Assembly: GCA_003646025.1 (NCBI GenBank)
Contig: QNDR01000002.1
Span: forward strand, 2,873 to 66,872
DNA: 64,000 nucleotides
Direction: 5' to 3'
Source of the DNA: Candidatus Fermentibacterota bacterium
Lineage (GTDB): Bacteria > Fermentibacterota > Fermentibacteria > Fermentibacterales > JCC-6
Made by a program: the position numbers and the translations under genes
Shown: one piece after another, positions 45,916 to 55,285 of the stretch
How positions within the stretch are numbered: the first letter of the stretch is position 1
Layout: each line of letters starts with the position of its first letter
Notes under the pieces: generated by a model
The model's input: the letters and a program-made list of their open reading frames with translations, nothing else
The model's database searches: none
What the model was told of the DNA's origin: nothing

Positions 45916-47136
45916 CTAACGGGGGAGAACAACAAGCCTTGCCTGACAGGAACCGCCTTCCATGGAGACAGTTGCAGTGAACACACCCCCGGGCAGGTTG
46001 TCAACCAGAATTCTGTTTGCCGCTCCCGGAGACACTGCAAAATACTCTGCCTGGACTGTTCTTCCCGCGATATCGAGGATTCTGAAATCCGCATACCCGG
46101 GGCTGGTGGATGAGACAATCAATGATGGTGACGATGACGGGGAATTAAGAACCCTGAGGGTAAGTTCAGAGCTCTCCGGGGTAATGCCTGAGGGGTCGAA
46201 CCCGAAGATCTTCAGCTTGTTGTCTCCTGTGCACACTACGAACAGCCTTTCGCCGTCCGGATGTACAGCGATGTTTGCCGGCGCCCCAGTAACAGCGATA
46301 TCACCTTTTACCGCAAGATCATCTGTTCCAATAACCGTAAGAGAATTCTGCTCCTGACACACTCCGTAGAGATACGGAAGATCCGGCAGAGCCGCCATTT
46401 TGCCAGGGGTGTCTCCGGGACAGGCCACTGTTGTTTCAACGGTGAAAGATTCCGTGTCTACCACTTCGACAAGCTCCCACGAGGGGCACGAGAGAAACAG
46501 TCTGGAACCGTCACCGGAAACAGCGCATCCGTAGCTGTCTATACCGCTGTTGAAGTGCGTAACCGCACCGGTGGAAGTGTTTATTGCCGCTTCTTCCGGG
46601 CTCTGGTCATCTGCCGCGACGATCAGGCTGTCAGAAGGGGTGATGGTCATTGAGTTTATCTCGGACCCTGCCCAGAAAACATCGGTTACCTCCTGGTTCT
46701 GTGTATCGATAACGGTGATCATTCCGCTTTCATGGGAGAGGTAGATCCTGTCTTCCAGAGGAGAAAGAACCATATCGGAAGGATCCGGCTGGATGCCGAA
46801 ATCTTTTACAATGGATAGATCGGAAGTGTCTACAACATGAACGAGATTGTTCTCAGTGTCTGCAACGAACAGATAGTCGCCGGAAACATCGCACTGCAGG
46901 GTAACAGGCTCGCCGTCTATGCTTACAAGACCTGCCAGAGAAAAGTCGGAGTAGTCATTTATGTCAATAACCGTGGCAAACCCGAATCCAACCGCCACGT
47001 ACGCTCTACTGCCGTCAGGAGACAGGCACACATCTGTCGGATTCTGCCCCACAGAGACTGACCCCAGAAAGAAGTCCGGGTACTGTGCGGTTGCAGACAG
47101 AACGGCAAGCAGCAGCGCAACAGCTGAAAATTTCAT
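45916..47136 (-). CDS. Secreted YVTN-type beta-propeller repeat protein with T9SS-type C-terminal sorting domain
   Basis: GGAGG RBS. Signal peptide MKFSAVALLLAVLSATAQ. Repeats like SPDGSRAYVAV and HPDGERLFVVCTGDNKLKIF. C-terminus ADFRILDIAGRTV..GGVFTATVSMEGGSCQARLVVLPR. Confidence 0.7.
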   Translation of the reverse strand: MKFSAVALLLAVLSATAQYPDFFLGSVSVGQNPTDVCLSPDGSRAYVAVGFGFATVIDINDYSDFSLAGLVSIDGEPVTLQCDVSGDYLFVADTENNLVHVVDTSDLSIVKDFGIQPDPSDMVLSPLEDRIYLSHESGMITVIDTQNQEVTDVFWAGSEINSMTITPSDSLIVAADDQSPEEAAINTSTGAVTHFNSGIDSYGCAVSGDGSRLFLSCPSWELVEVVDTESFTVETTVACPGDTPGKMAALPDLPYLYGVCQEQNSLTVIGTDDLAVKGDIAVTGAPANIAVHPDGERLFVVCTGDNKLKIFGFDPSGITPESSELTLRVLNSPSSSPSLIVSSTSPGYADFRILDIAGRTVQAEYFAVSPGAANRILVDNLPGGVFTATVSMEGGSCQARLVVLPR

Positions 47137-47148
47137 TTTATCCTCCGT

Positions 47149-48432
47149 TTATCTTCTTAGCAGTTCTGTAACAGGCGTTGACAGTATTTTCCTGAAAAAG
47201 AACCATGCTGAAACTGTTGAAACTGAAAGTACAAGACCCAGTCCGGCGGAAAGCCAGCCCACCGGGAACACGGCCAGAGAACTCACAGCCATCTTGAGTA
47301 CAGGCAGCAGGTTCAGCAGGGTTGAACTCACAACATAGGCCAGGCCGCATCCCAGAAGACCACCTGACACTGTGCTGATCAGAGACATAAGGAATATCTG
47401 AAAAGCAAACACGGACACCAGCCTGTCCCTTCTGGTTCCCAGGGCAACAAGAACACCCAGCGCATACGATCTGTTCTTAAGATCGGCAACCAGAGTGTGT
47501 ATGGCACTGGCAACAGCAGAGAACAGTATTGCCGCGGCAAGTGCCCCCAGGGCTGCTGTAACAACGCTGACCAGGATTTCAGCTTTCTGCGCTATTCCCC
47601 GGCGGGTTTCCGCTGAAAGCCCCATTTCTTCGGCGTAGCGCACGATTGAGGGTACGTCATCAGCTTCCTTCGCAGTAACCATGAGAGCACTGTATGTGTG
47701 CTGATCGTCAGGCAGGTAAAGGGAGTTGACTTCTTCAACAAACTCAATCGGGACTGCCAGTGCGAACAATGCCATGTTTCTTGAGGTTCCAACAATTTCA
47801 GCCCGCAGATTCACAGGAGACGCAGGCAGTGAAGCGATTGAGCTGCTGCCGACATTCACCCGGACTTCGAGGCCTATAACGCCTTCAGGGGTAAGACCCA
47901 TCAGTCCGTTTGATTCCGCGAAACCCGCGTTGTACAGAACAAGCAGGTTTTCGCTGAGTATTATGGGAAGAGGCTTGGAGGAACTGTCGCTCAGCGTGTA
48001 TTCCCAGTCAATGTATTCCAGCATTGAATCCGGTACAAATGCACTTGAAACCCCCTCCAGGGTGATATCGGTGTAGTAGTTCTGGCCGCCAAGCAGCCCG
48101 CGCAGGTACGCTGGAACATGGGCGTATACCTGGGGATCAATTCTTTCAACCTGGGGAAGGGCAGAGAGGGAGTCCAGAACATCTGAAGTTATTTCAGTGC
48201 CGCCTCTCTCTGTCTGGAAAAAACCAGCCTGAACCCCCATCGGAGTGATGCGGACCTGCTCTTCCGGGAGATCCGAAGACAGAAAGCGCTGAAGAATATT
48301 TCCCACACCGAGCCCTATGGAAATAAAGAAAACAAGAAGAAGGGAGGCAACAAGAAGCATGCCCTGACTGAAAATGTAGTCTTTCCAGTGACCCCGGTTC
48401 CAGAGGGATATGGCTTTACGCATGTTTTTCAT
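47149..48432 (-). CDS. ABC transporter permease, FtsX/MacB/LolC-like
   Basis: ORF 47149..48441. ATG at 48432 lies 8 nt after AAGG. One N-terminal TM, a large periplasmic domain, then three C-terminal TM segments (FtsX topology). Confidence 0.7.
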   Translation of the reverse strand: MKNMRKAISLWNRGHWKDYIFSQGMLLVASLLLVFFISIGLGVGNILQRFLSSDLPEEQVRITPMGVQAGFFQTERGGTEITSDVLDSLSALPQVERIDPQVYAHVPAYLRGLLGGQNYYTDITLEGVSSAFVPDSMLEYIDWEYTLSDSSSKPLPIILSENLLVLYNAGFAESNGLMGLTPEGVIGLEVRVNVGSSSIASLPASPVNLRAEIVGTSRNMALFALAVPIEFVEEVNSLYLPDDQHTYSALMVTAKEADDVPSIVRYAEEMGLSAETRRGIAQKAEILVSVVTAALGALAAAILFSAVASAIHTLVADLKNRSYALGVLVALGTRRDRLVSVFAFQIFLMSLISTVSGGLLGCGLAYVVSSTLLNLLPVLKMAVSSLAVFPVGWLSAGLGLVLSVSTVSAWFFFRKILSTPVTELLRR

Positions 48433-49087
48433 AAAGCACACCTTCTTTCAATTCCAGAACTCTGTCTGCCCGTGACAGTATTCTCTTTGAGTGGAGAACA
48501 GCGATAATAGCGAAGCCATTCTCCTTCCGTAGAATGTCCAGCATGTCGAACAGAGTTGATTCGCTCTCCTCGTCAAGACTTGCTGAAGGTTCATCAGCCA
48601 TAAGGACCTGAGGATTGTTCACCAGCGCTCTGGCAGAGGCAACCCTCTGTCTCTCTCCTCTGGACAGGAACCTGGTAGGCGTGTCATCGTGACGGAGACC
48701 CAGCCTTGAAAGAATTGAAGAGGCGTGTTCTCTTACCTCCCGGGAGTCTGTTCCGCTGAAAACCGCAGGAAGAATGGCGTTGTCCATGGCACTGAGATTG
48801 GGAAGCAGGTGAAAGTCCTGGAAGATATAGCCCATGAATTCTCTTCTGAGTTCCGCCAGTTCCGATGGAGAAGCTTTCGCTGCGTCAACTCCATTGATGA
48901 GAAGTTTCCCGGTAAAGTCGGGATCAAGGGCTCCCAGCACACCCAGCAGTGTTGATTTCCCCGCCCCGCTTCTGCCTGTAACGGCTACAAATTCTCCTTT
49001 TGACAGGCTGAAGTCAGTGTGGTTAAGAACTTTGATGTTCTGGAAACTTCTGACAATCGACCCTGCCTGTATCAGAGGCCTGCTCAT
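48416..49087 (-). CDS. ABC transporter ATP-binding protein (LolD/MacB-type)
   Basis: Walker A GRSGAGKSTLL, signature LSRGERQRVASARAL, Walker B LMADEPSASLD. Confidence 0.85.
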   Translation of the reverse strand: MSRPLIQAGSIVRSFQNIKVLNHTDFSLSKGEFVAVTGRSGAGKSTLLGVLGALDPDFTGKLLINGVDAAKASPSELAELRREFMGYIFQDFHLLPNLSAMDNAILPAVFSGTDSREVREHASSILSRLGLRHDDTPTRFLSRGERQRVASARALVNNPQVLMADEPSASLDEESESTLFDMLDILRKENGFAIIAVLHSKRILSRADRVLELKEGVLYEKHA

Positions 49088-49921
49088 TCAGAAACTCCCT
49101 TCCGCCACACTCAGCAGCAGGGCAAAACAGCTGTCGGCATCTATGTGTGTGTCGGAAATGGAAATCTCGACTGTGCTTACACCCCCGTCGCGTCTGGCAA
49201 GCATTACCCCGGCCTGAACTGGTTCATCTGTATCCGGCCCGGGCCAGGAAACAGACACCGAAAGAGCCGCAGGTCTGATTCTGTTCATTACAGCTTTGTA
49301 GTCTGTCCACCCTGGAATCTGCCTTTCCAGAGGCAGCAGAGACAGAAATCCGAACAGGTTTTCGGGAAAGAGCACGGTGATGTGTCTGTGTTCCGGAATT
49401 ACTTTCAACAGTGATGTGTCTGCGGCAAGAGAGTTGTCTTTTTCCAGGTCAAGCCAGCTTCCCAGGGTTACATGAGGAGCAGGACCTATGTAGATAGCTG
49501 TCCATCCGTCACGCTGTGTTACCGAAGCCCGGGCATATCCGTGTTCGGAAACAAGATCAACCCGGTCTTCCTCCTGTCTGGGGTCGAGGTTGAGAACCCT
49601 TGCTGTAAGGGCTGTGGCGTACTCTGTTGTTGTGTTCTGCGTGAGCAGAAGAAGCTGCGGGTTCAGCGTTGAAATGTCTATACCCACAAGGGAGACACCC
49701 AGAGGTCCTTTGTTCAGCAGGGAATCCGCAAGAATAAACCCGCTGAAACTGCTTCCGGCAAAGGAAGTTAAATTGTTATTCAAGCCAGGTTCCATGTGTA
49801 CATGAAGCAGAGCTGTTGCAGGAACCAGCTGCAGCTCGGGGACGGGATCGTCCTTACCGCAGGCTGAAAAAAGCACAACTGCAGCCAGCAGAACAGTTGC
49901 GGAAACACCGGTTTTTTTCAT
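49088..49921 (-). CDS. Hypothetical lipoprotein, first gene of the ABC operon
   Basis: Signal peptide with lipobox VLFSAC. Its stop abuts the ATPase start (TGAATG). No family recognised. Confidence 0.5.
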   Translation of the reverse strand: MKKTGVSATVLLAAVVLFSACGKDDPVPELQLVPATALLHVHMEPGLNNNLTSFAGSSFSGFILADSLLNKGPLGVSLVGIDISTLNPQLLLLTQNTTTEYATALTARVLNLDPRQEEDRVDLVSEHGYARASVTQRDGWTAIYIGPAPHVTLGSWLDLEKDNSLAADTSLLKVIPEHRHITVLFPENLFGFLSLLPLERQIPGWTDYKAVMNRIRPAALSVSVSWPGPDTDEPVQAGVMLARRDGGVSTVEISISDTHIDADSCFALLLSVAEGSF

Positions 49922-50024
49922 ATTTTCCCTGTCTCCAATCCGTGAAAAGTTTTGCTGTCCGAGTATGAATTATGAATAAAAAACAGCCCGGCCGACAGGT
50001 ACTCGGTTTTGCGTAGAATAAGAC

Positions 50025-50053
50025 TTGACGGGCATTTCACGTAATAGTATTAT
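50025..50053 (+). promoter_or_regulatory. Sigma-70-like promoter of the tRNA-tuf operon
   Basis: TTGACG (50025-50030), 17-nt spacer, TATTAT (50048-50053). The first tRNA begins 11 nt downstream. Confidence 0.5.
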
Positions 50054-50064
50054 CGCTGTCCTGC

Positions 50065-50137
50065 GCTGGCGTAGCTCAATTGGTAGAGCAGCTGATTTGT
50101 AATCAGCAGGTTGCGGGTTCAAGTCCCATCGCCAGCT
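50065..50137 (+). tRNA. tRNA-Thr (anticodon UGU)
   Basis: Acceptor stem GCTGGCG/CGCCAGC. Anticodon loop ttTGTaa. T-loop GGTTCAAGTCC. CCA encoded at 50138-50140. Confidence 0.9.
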
Positions 50138-50183
50138 CCAGGACGAAATAATACGCGAAAGCGTTGCAGCATAAAGGTATAGT

Positions 50184-50266
50184 GGCGAGGTTCCCGAGTG
50201 GTCAAAGGGGGCAGACTGTAAATCTGTTGGCGGATGCCTTCGGTGGTTCAAATCCACCCCTCGCCA
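50184..50266 (+). tRNA. tRNA-Tyr (anticodon GUA)
   Basis: Acceptor stem GGCGAGG/CCTCGCC. Anticodon loop ctGTAaa. Long variable arm. GGTTCAAATCC T-loop. CCA encoded. Confidence 0.9.
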
Positions 50267-50278
50267 CCACAGTTCAGA

Positions 50279-50351
50279 GCGGGAGTAGCTCAGTTGGCAG
50301 AGCATCAGCCTTCCAAGCTGAGGGTCGCGAGTTCGAGGCTCGTCTCCCGCT
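50279..50351 (+). tRNA. tRNA-Gly (anticodon UCC)
   Basis: Acceptor stem GCGGGAG/CTCCCGC. Anticodon loop ctTCCaa. GAGTTCGAGGCTC T-arm. CCA encoded. Confidence 0.9.
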
Positions 50352-50384
50352 CCAGAACCGCAGGAGGCCGTGCAGGTTTTGGGC

Positions 50385-50457
<73 letters not shown>

Positions 50458-50544
50458 CCACCGGGATCTTTGTATGTTCGGCGACAGGTATGTTACATAA
50501 ACGGGTAGATAACTGAACCCCTTGCCGGGAGTTAGGAGTAGCTT

Positions 50545-51741
50545 ATGGCTAAAGAAAAATTTGAGAGGACCAAACCGCATGTGAATGTGGGTACCATTGG
50601 TCACATTGATCACGGTAAGACAACCCTTACCGCTGCAATCACCAAGTGTCTGGCTACACAGAACGACAATGTGAAGTACGTGGCATTTGACCAGATCGAC
50701 AATGCTCCCGAAGAGAAGGCCCGTGGTATAACGATTGCAACTTCCCACCAGGAATATCAGACAGACAACAGACACTATGCTCATGTTGATTGTCCCGGTC
50801 ACGCTGATTACATCAAAAACATGATCACAGGTGCTGCCCAGATGGATGGAGCAATTCTTGTTATCGGTGCCAACGATGGTGTTATGGCTCAGACAAAAGA
50901 GCACGTTCTGCTTGCCCGTCAGGTTAACGTTCCAAGGATCGTTGTTTTCCTCAACAAGGTCGACATGGTCGATGATGACGAGCTTATCGAGCTTGTAGAG
51001 ATGGAAGTGCAGGAGCTTCTCGAGAAGTATCAGTTTGAGGAAGACAGTCCTATTATCCGCGGTTCCGCTTTGAAGGCACTCAACAGCACAGGCGCTCCCG
51101 ATGACCCTGATGCCAAGTGCATTTACGAGCTCATGGAAGCCGTTGATTCCTGGATTCCAACTCCGGAACGCGATACAGACAAGCCTTTCCTTATGCCGGT
51201 TGAAGATGTGTTCTCAATCCCCGGTCGCGGTACTGTTGCAACAGGCCGTATAGAGCGCGGTGTGGTTCACACCCAGGACAAGGTTGAGCTTGTGGGAATC
51301 CGTGAAACAAGACCTACAGTCTGCACGGGTGTAGAGATGTTCCGTAAGATTCTCGACGAGGGTATGGCCGGCGACAATGTTGGTCTTCTTCTCCGAGGTG
51401 TGGCAAAAGATGAGATTGAGCGTGGTCAGGTTATCGCCAAACCCGGTTCAATCACACCTCACACAAAGTTCGAGGGAGAGGTTTACATTCTCAGTCAGAA
51501 GGAGGGTGGTCGTCACAAGCCTTTCTTCAACGGTTACAGACCACAGTTCTACTTCAGAACAACTGATGTTACCGGAGCAATAGGTCTGCCTGAGGGTATG
51601 GAAATGATCATGCCGGGAGACAATGTGAAGATGACAGTTGAGCTTATCACTCCCATCGCCATGGAAGAGGGTCTGCGTTTCGCTATTCGCGAAGGTGGAC
51701 GCACCGTAGGCGCCGGAGTGGTGACCAGGGTTATAAAGTAG
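50545..51741 (+). CDS. tuf: Elongation factor Tu
   Basis: [36 protein letters not shown] and NKVD motifs. 398 aa. Confidence 0.98.
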   Translation: MAKEKFERTKPHVNVGTIGHIDHGKTTLTAAITKCLATQNDNVKYVAFDQIDNAPEEKARGITIATSHQEYQTDNRHYAHVDCPGHADYIKNMITGAAQMDGAILVIGANDGVMAQTKEHVLLARQVNVPRIVVFLNKVDMVDDDELIELVEMEVQELLEKYQFEEDSPIIRGSALKALNSTGAPDDPDAKCIYELMEAVDSWIPTPERDTDKPFLMPVEDVFSIPGRGTVATGRIERGVVHTQDKVELVGIRETRPTVCTGVEMFRKILDEGMAGDNVGLLLRGVAKDEIERGQVIAKPGSITPHTKFEGEVYILSQKEGGRHKPFFNGYRPQFYFRTTDVTGAIGLPEGMEMIMPGDNVKMTVELITPIAMEEGLRFAIREGGRTVGAGVVTRVIK

Positions 51742-51748
51742 GTCAGCG

Positions 51749-51898
51749 GTGAGAATAATAGTAACACTGGCATGCACTGAGTGCAAGCGCAGAAACTACA
51801 CTACTACCAAGAACAAAAGGACCCATCCTGAGCGGATGGAACTTAAGAAGTACTGTCGCTTCTGCAGAAAACACACTCTGCACAGAGAAGGCAAATAG
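51749..51898 (+). CDS. rpmG: 50S ribosomal protein L33 (zinc-ribbon C+ form)
   Basis: Not in the ORF track (49 aa). GTG start. Translation (M)[48 protein letters not shown] matches the L33 consensus with CxxC..CxxC. Confidence 0.85.
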   Translation: MRIIVTLACTECKRRNYTTTKNKRTHPERMELKKYCRFCRKHTLHREGK

Positions 51899-51923
51899 AC
51901 GGTACTGACTGGAAGAGCGCCGC

Positions 51924-51996
51924 AGGGCAGTAGCACAATTGGCAGTGCACCGGACTCCAAATCCGGGGGTTGAGGGTTCAAGTCCTTCCTGCCCTG
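51924..51996 (+). tRNA. tRNA-Trp (anticodon CCA)
   Basis: Acceptor stem AGGGCAG/CTGCCCT. Anticodon loop ctCCAaa. GGTTCAAGTCC T-loop. CCA encoded at 51997-51999. Confidence 0.9.
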
Positions 51997-52047
51997 CCAT
52001 CCGCTCTTCGCTGAAGTGACAGGCAGAGATGCCGAAAGGACGGGGAA

Positions 52048-52293
52048 ATGGCTGCAAAAGCAGCGAAGACTGCAAAGGAAAGTAACTTTCTCATCAGATG
52101 GTGGAAAGTCGTTGCAGTGTTTTTCGGAGAGGTAAAGGCTGAAATGATCAAGGTGGCGTGGCCCAGCCGGGACGAGGCTATTTCTTCCACCTGGGTGGTT
52201 ATCGGTGCCGTGGCGGTTGTTGCTGTCTGGATATTTGCTGTCGACAAAATTACAGCAGTGACCATGACAGGTCTGCTTAAACTTCTGGGCTGA
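52048..52293 (+). CDS. secE: Preprotein translocase subunit SecE
   Basis: 81 aa. FFGEVKAEMIKVAWPSRDE followed by a single TM segment. Canonical position before nusG. Confidence 0.9.
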   Translation: MAAKAAKTAKESNFLIRWWKVVAVFFGEVKAEMIKVAWPSRDEAISSTWVVIGAVAVVAVWIFAVDKITAVTMTGLLKLLG

Positions 52294-52319
52294 CATTATT
52301 CTTCAGAGAAAGGCACACG

Positions 52320-52922
52320 ATGACTGTAGATCCGTTTGAAAAAAATGACAGCGATGCAGCCGAAGTTGTTGCTGAGCCTGAAGAGGAGAATGTCAACTTC
52401 AAGTGGTATGTGGTTCATTCTTTTTCCGGATACGAGCAGAGGGTTGCCAAGTTTCTTGAAGGTCAGCTTCTCAGGCGTTATCCCGGACGAATAGGCAAAA
52501 CACTTATTCCTACTGAAGAGATAACCCACAGAAAAAACGGCAAGGAGTACACCAGGGAAAAGAAGCTTTATCCGGGTTACGTCTTTGTTCAGCTGGAGAT
52601 CTCCGACGAGATAATCATGGACATCCGGGCCATGAGCAATGTCAGCGGGTTCCCTCCTATGAACAGGGGAAAACCGGTGCCGCTTACATCGCTGGATATG
52701 AAAAGAATTCAGGGCCAGACAACAGGTGCTGCCGACAAGAAGGTTGTGCGGATTCAGTTCAAGGTTGGTCAGACCGTCAGGGTTACAGACGGGCCGTTCA
52801 GGAACTTCACCGGTATTGTGGAAAGTATTAATGCCGAACGCGGCAAGGTTAAGATAATATTTACGATCTTCGGGCGGAAAGCGCCTGTGGAAATAGATTA
52901 CAAGCAAGTCAGGATGGTTTGA
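52320..52922 (+). CDS. nusG: Transcription termination/antitermination factor NusG
   Basis: KWYVVHSFSGYEQRV NGN domain. KOW motif GQTVRVTDGPFRNFTGIVESIN. Confidence 0.95.
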   Translation: MTVDPFEKNDSDAAEVVAEPEEENVNFKWYVVHSFSGYEQRVAKFLEGQLLRRYPGRIGKTLIPTEEITHRKNGKEYTREKKLYPGYVFVQLEISDEIIMDIRAMSNVSGFPPMNRGKPVPLTSLDMKRIQGQTTGAADKKVVRIQFKVGQTVRVTDGPFRNFTGIVESINAERGKVKIIFTIFGRKAPVEIDYKQVRMV

Positions 52923-53016
52923 GGGAACACCGGAACCCTCAACCTGGTATAGTGCAATCCGGTAAACTACTGTCTGCCCCAGTAAGGGGAGGGGTCGGCA
53001 GCAGAAAGGAGTAACC

Positions 53017-53445
53017 ATGGCCAAGAAAATCTTGGGCGTGGTAAAGCTTCAGCTCCCTGCAGGCAAGGCTACACCGGCACCACCGGTTGGCCCGGCCCTC
53101 GGTCAGTACGGAATAAATCTGGCCGGGTTCTGTAAGGACTTCAACGCCCGAACCCAGGGTAAAGAAGGACTTATCGTTCCTGCGGTGGTGACTGTCTACA
53201 AAGACAGAAGCTTTACCTTTATACTCAAGTCCCCCCCTGCTTCAGTACTGCTGAAAAGAGCAGCAGGGTTAGCCAAGGGATCTGCTGAATCCAACCGCGA
53301 CAAGGTTGGTACTGTCACTGTCAGTCAGTGCAGAGAGATCGCGAAGCTGAAAGAAAAAGACCTGAATGCAGCGTCGGAAGAAGCAGCTATCAGTATGATA
53401 GCGGGTACTGCACGCAGCATGGGTCTGGAGGTGGTGGATGGCTAA
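53017..53445 (+). CDS. rplK: 50S ribosomal protein L11
   Basis: [34 protein letters not shown] is diagnostic. Confidence 0.97.
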   Translation: MAKKILGVVKLQLPAGKATPAPPVGPALGQYGINLAGFCKDFNARTQGKEGLIVPAVVTVYKDRSFTFILKSPPASVLLKRAAGLAKGSAESNRDKVGTVTVSQCREIAKLKEKDLNAASEEAAISMIAGTARSMGLEVVDG

Positions 53446-54139
53446 AAGTAAAAGATTCGCCAAAGCCCGGGAAGCCGTTGACAGGGAGAAGAGCTACACT
53501 CTCCAGGAGACTGTGACAGCTATCAAGCAGCTTGCCACTGCAAAGTTCAACGAAACTATCGAGGTTGCATGCAATCTCGGAGTGGATCCGAAGTACAGCG
53601 ATCAGGTTGTTCGAGGCACCTGTATGCTTCCCCACGGAACGGGAAAAGTTGTTCGCGTTCTTGCTTTCGCCAGAGGTGATAAGGCAGAGGAGGCAAAAGC
53701 AGCAGGGGCAGATTACATCGGAGACGAAGAAACAGCCGCGAAGATAACAGACGGCTGGCTTGAATTCGATGTTGTTATTGCCTCACCAGACATGATGGGT
53801 GTTGTTGGAAAGCTTGGAAGGGTTCTGGGGCCCAGAGGGCTTATGCCAAACCCCAAAACAGGTACAGTTACCATGGAAGTTGCTACTGCAGTGAAAGATG
53901 CCAAGGCCGGTAAGATCAGCTTCAGAGTTGACAAAACCGGTAATGTGCATGTTCCTGTTGGCAAAGCAAGCTTTGAAGAGGATGCTCTCAAGGAGAATAT
54001 CCTTACCTTTATGGAGAAGGTTATTCAGCTTAAACCGGCATCTGTTAAGGGACGTTATCTTAAGAACATATCTGTCTCTTCAACCATGGGTCCGGGAATC
54101 CGCGTGGATATCAATGATATCCGGGCATTGCTCAGATAG
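53438..54139 (+). CDS. rplA: 50S ribosomal protein L1
   Basis: 8-nt overlap with rpl[31 protein letters not shown]. Confidence 0.97.
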   Translation: MAKSKRFAKAREAVDREKSYTLQETVTAIKQLATAKFNETIEVACNLGVDPKYSDQVVRGTCMLPHGTGKVVRVLAFARGDKAEEAKAAGADYIGDEETAAKITDGWLEFDVVIASPDMMGVVGKLGRVLGPRGLMPNPKTGTVTMEVATAVKDAKAGKISFRVDKTGNVHVPVGKASFEEDALKENILTFMEKVIQLKPASVKGRYLKNISVSSTMGPGIRVDINDIRALLR

Positions 54140-54154
54140 AAAGGAGTTGCGACG

Positions 54155-54685
54155 ATGAGTATTACAAGAAGCCATAAAGAAGTCGTTGTCTCCGATCTTA
54201 ACGGTGGTCTCGGAGATTCAGGCTCTGTCATACTGGCAGATTTTACCGGTATCAATGTGGAAGATATGACTGAACTGCGCATTCAGATGCGGGAGGCTGG
54301 CGTCGTTTTTACTGTAGTTAAGAATACTCTTCTCAAGCGTGCTTTTGAAGAGATAGGTATAGATGCCAGTGAGGAGATTTTCGGTCTTCTGAGTGGTCCT
54401 ACTGCCATTGCTTACAGTAAAGATGAAGTGGCACCGGCAAGAATCATCAAGGCTTTTTCGAAAGCCCACAAGGGATTGCTTGTTATGAAGGGCGGATTTG
54501 TATCCGGAAAGACCTTCAGTGCAGAAGATGTTGTCAGTCTGGCCGATATGCCAGGTAAGGATGAGCTTATTGCCAGGGTGATTGGTTCAATGAATTCACC
54601 TCTGCAGGGCTTTGTAATGGTTACCAGTGGTGTTATCAGAAAGTTCCTTTACGCTGTTAATGCCATTACTGAGAGTAAAGAATAA
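54155..54685 (+). CDS. rplJ: 50S ribosomal protein L10
   Basis: 176 aa. VILADFTGINVEDMTELR..VVKNTLLKRA. Confidence 0.95.
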   Translation: MSITRSHKEVVVSDLNGGLGDSGSVILADFTGINVEDMTELRIQMREAGVVFTVVKNTLLKRAFEEIGIDASEEIFGLLSGPTAIAYSKDEVAPARIIKAFSKAHKGLLVMKGGFVSGKTFSAEDVVSLADMPGKDELIARVIGSMNSPLQGFVMVTSGVIRKFLYAVNAITESKE

Positions 54686-54742
54686 CTTGAACAATAGCAA
54701 CACGGAGTTCACTGGAACTCCGCGAAGTACGGAGGAAATACG

Positions 54743-55120
54743 ATGAGTGAAGACAGAAAGGCCACGATCATCGAGGCTATTTCAAACATGACCGTTCTCG
54801 AGCTCGCAGAGCTTGTGAAGGAAATGGAAGACAAATTCGGTGTTTCAGCTGCGGCACCTGCAGTAGCAGTAGCCGCTGCCGGCCCTGCCGGCGAGGCCGC
54901 TGAAGAGCAGAGCGAATTTGATGTTGTTCTTGAAAGCTTTGGAGCCAAGAAGATCGCAGTGATCAAGGTTGTTCGCGAGCTTACAGGTCTTGGTCTCAAA
55001 GAGGCCAAGGACCTTGTAGACGGTGTTCCATCCAAGATCAAAGAGGGCGTAGAGAAGCCAGAGGCCGAAGAGGTCAAGAAACAGCTCGAAGAGGCCGGTG
55101 GAACCGCTGTTCTCAAGTAG
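54743..55120 (+). CDS. rplL: 50S ribosomal protein L7/L12
   Basis: Ala-rich hinge. [43 protein letters not shown]. Confidence 0.97.
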   Translation: MSEDRKATIIEAISNMTVLELAELVKEMEDKFGVSAAAPAVAVAAAGPAGEAAEEQSEFDVVLESFGAKKIAVIKVVRELTGLGLKEAKDLVDGVPSKIKEGVEKPEAEEVKKQLEEAGGTAVLK

Positions 55121-55142
55121 ATACCGGATTACCTATACTGAC

Positions 55143-55171
55143 GGCGGGAGGAGAGTACTACTTCTCCCGCC
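55143..55171 (+). promoter_or_regulatory. rplL-rpoB intergenic hairpin (attenuator-like)
   Basis: 11-bp stem ggcgggaggag / cttctcccgcc (one G-U pair) with a 7-nt loop. Not followed by a U-tract. Confidence 0.35.
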
Positions 55172-55285
55172 TTCAGCCCATAATTCCCGGAATTCCTGCC
55201 GGGTTCTAAAACAGTACTGGTAAGAATTTCGTGACATACCGCTAGTCAGCTTATTTCGGTACAGGAGCAGTGTAGAGGAGTGGCA

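Noticed and set aside
51743-52296. Minus-strand ORFs (95-166 aa) spanning rpmG, tRNA-Trp and secE
   Set aside because: They overlap a well-supported L33 gene, a tRNA and secE on the + strand, and have no motifs of their own.
52296-53024. 242-aa minus-strand ORF antisense to nusG
   Set aside because: The sense-strand NusG (NGN + KOW) is unambiguous, so this is a shadow ORF.
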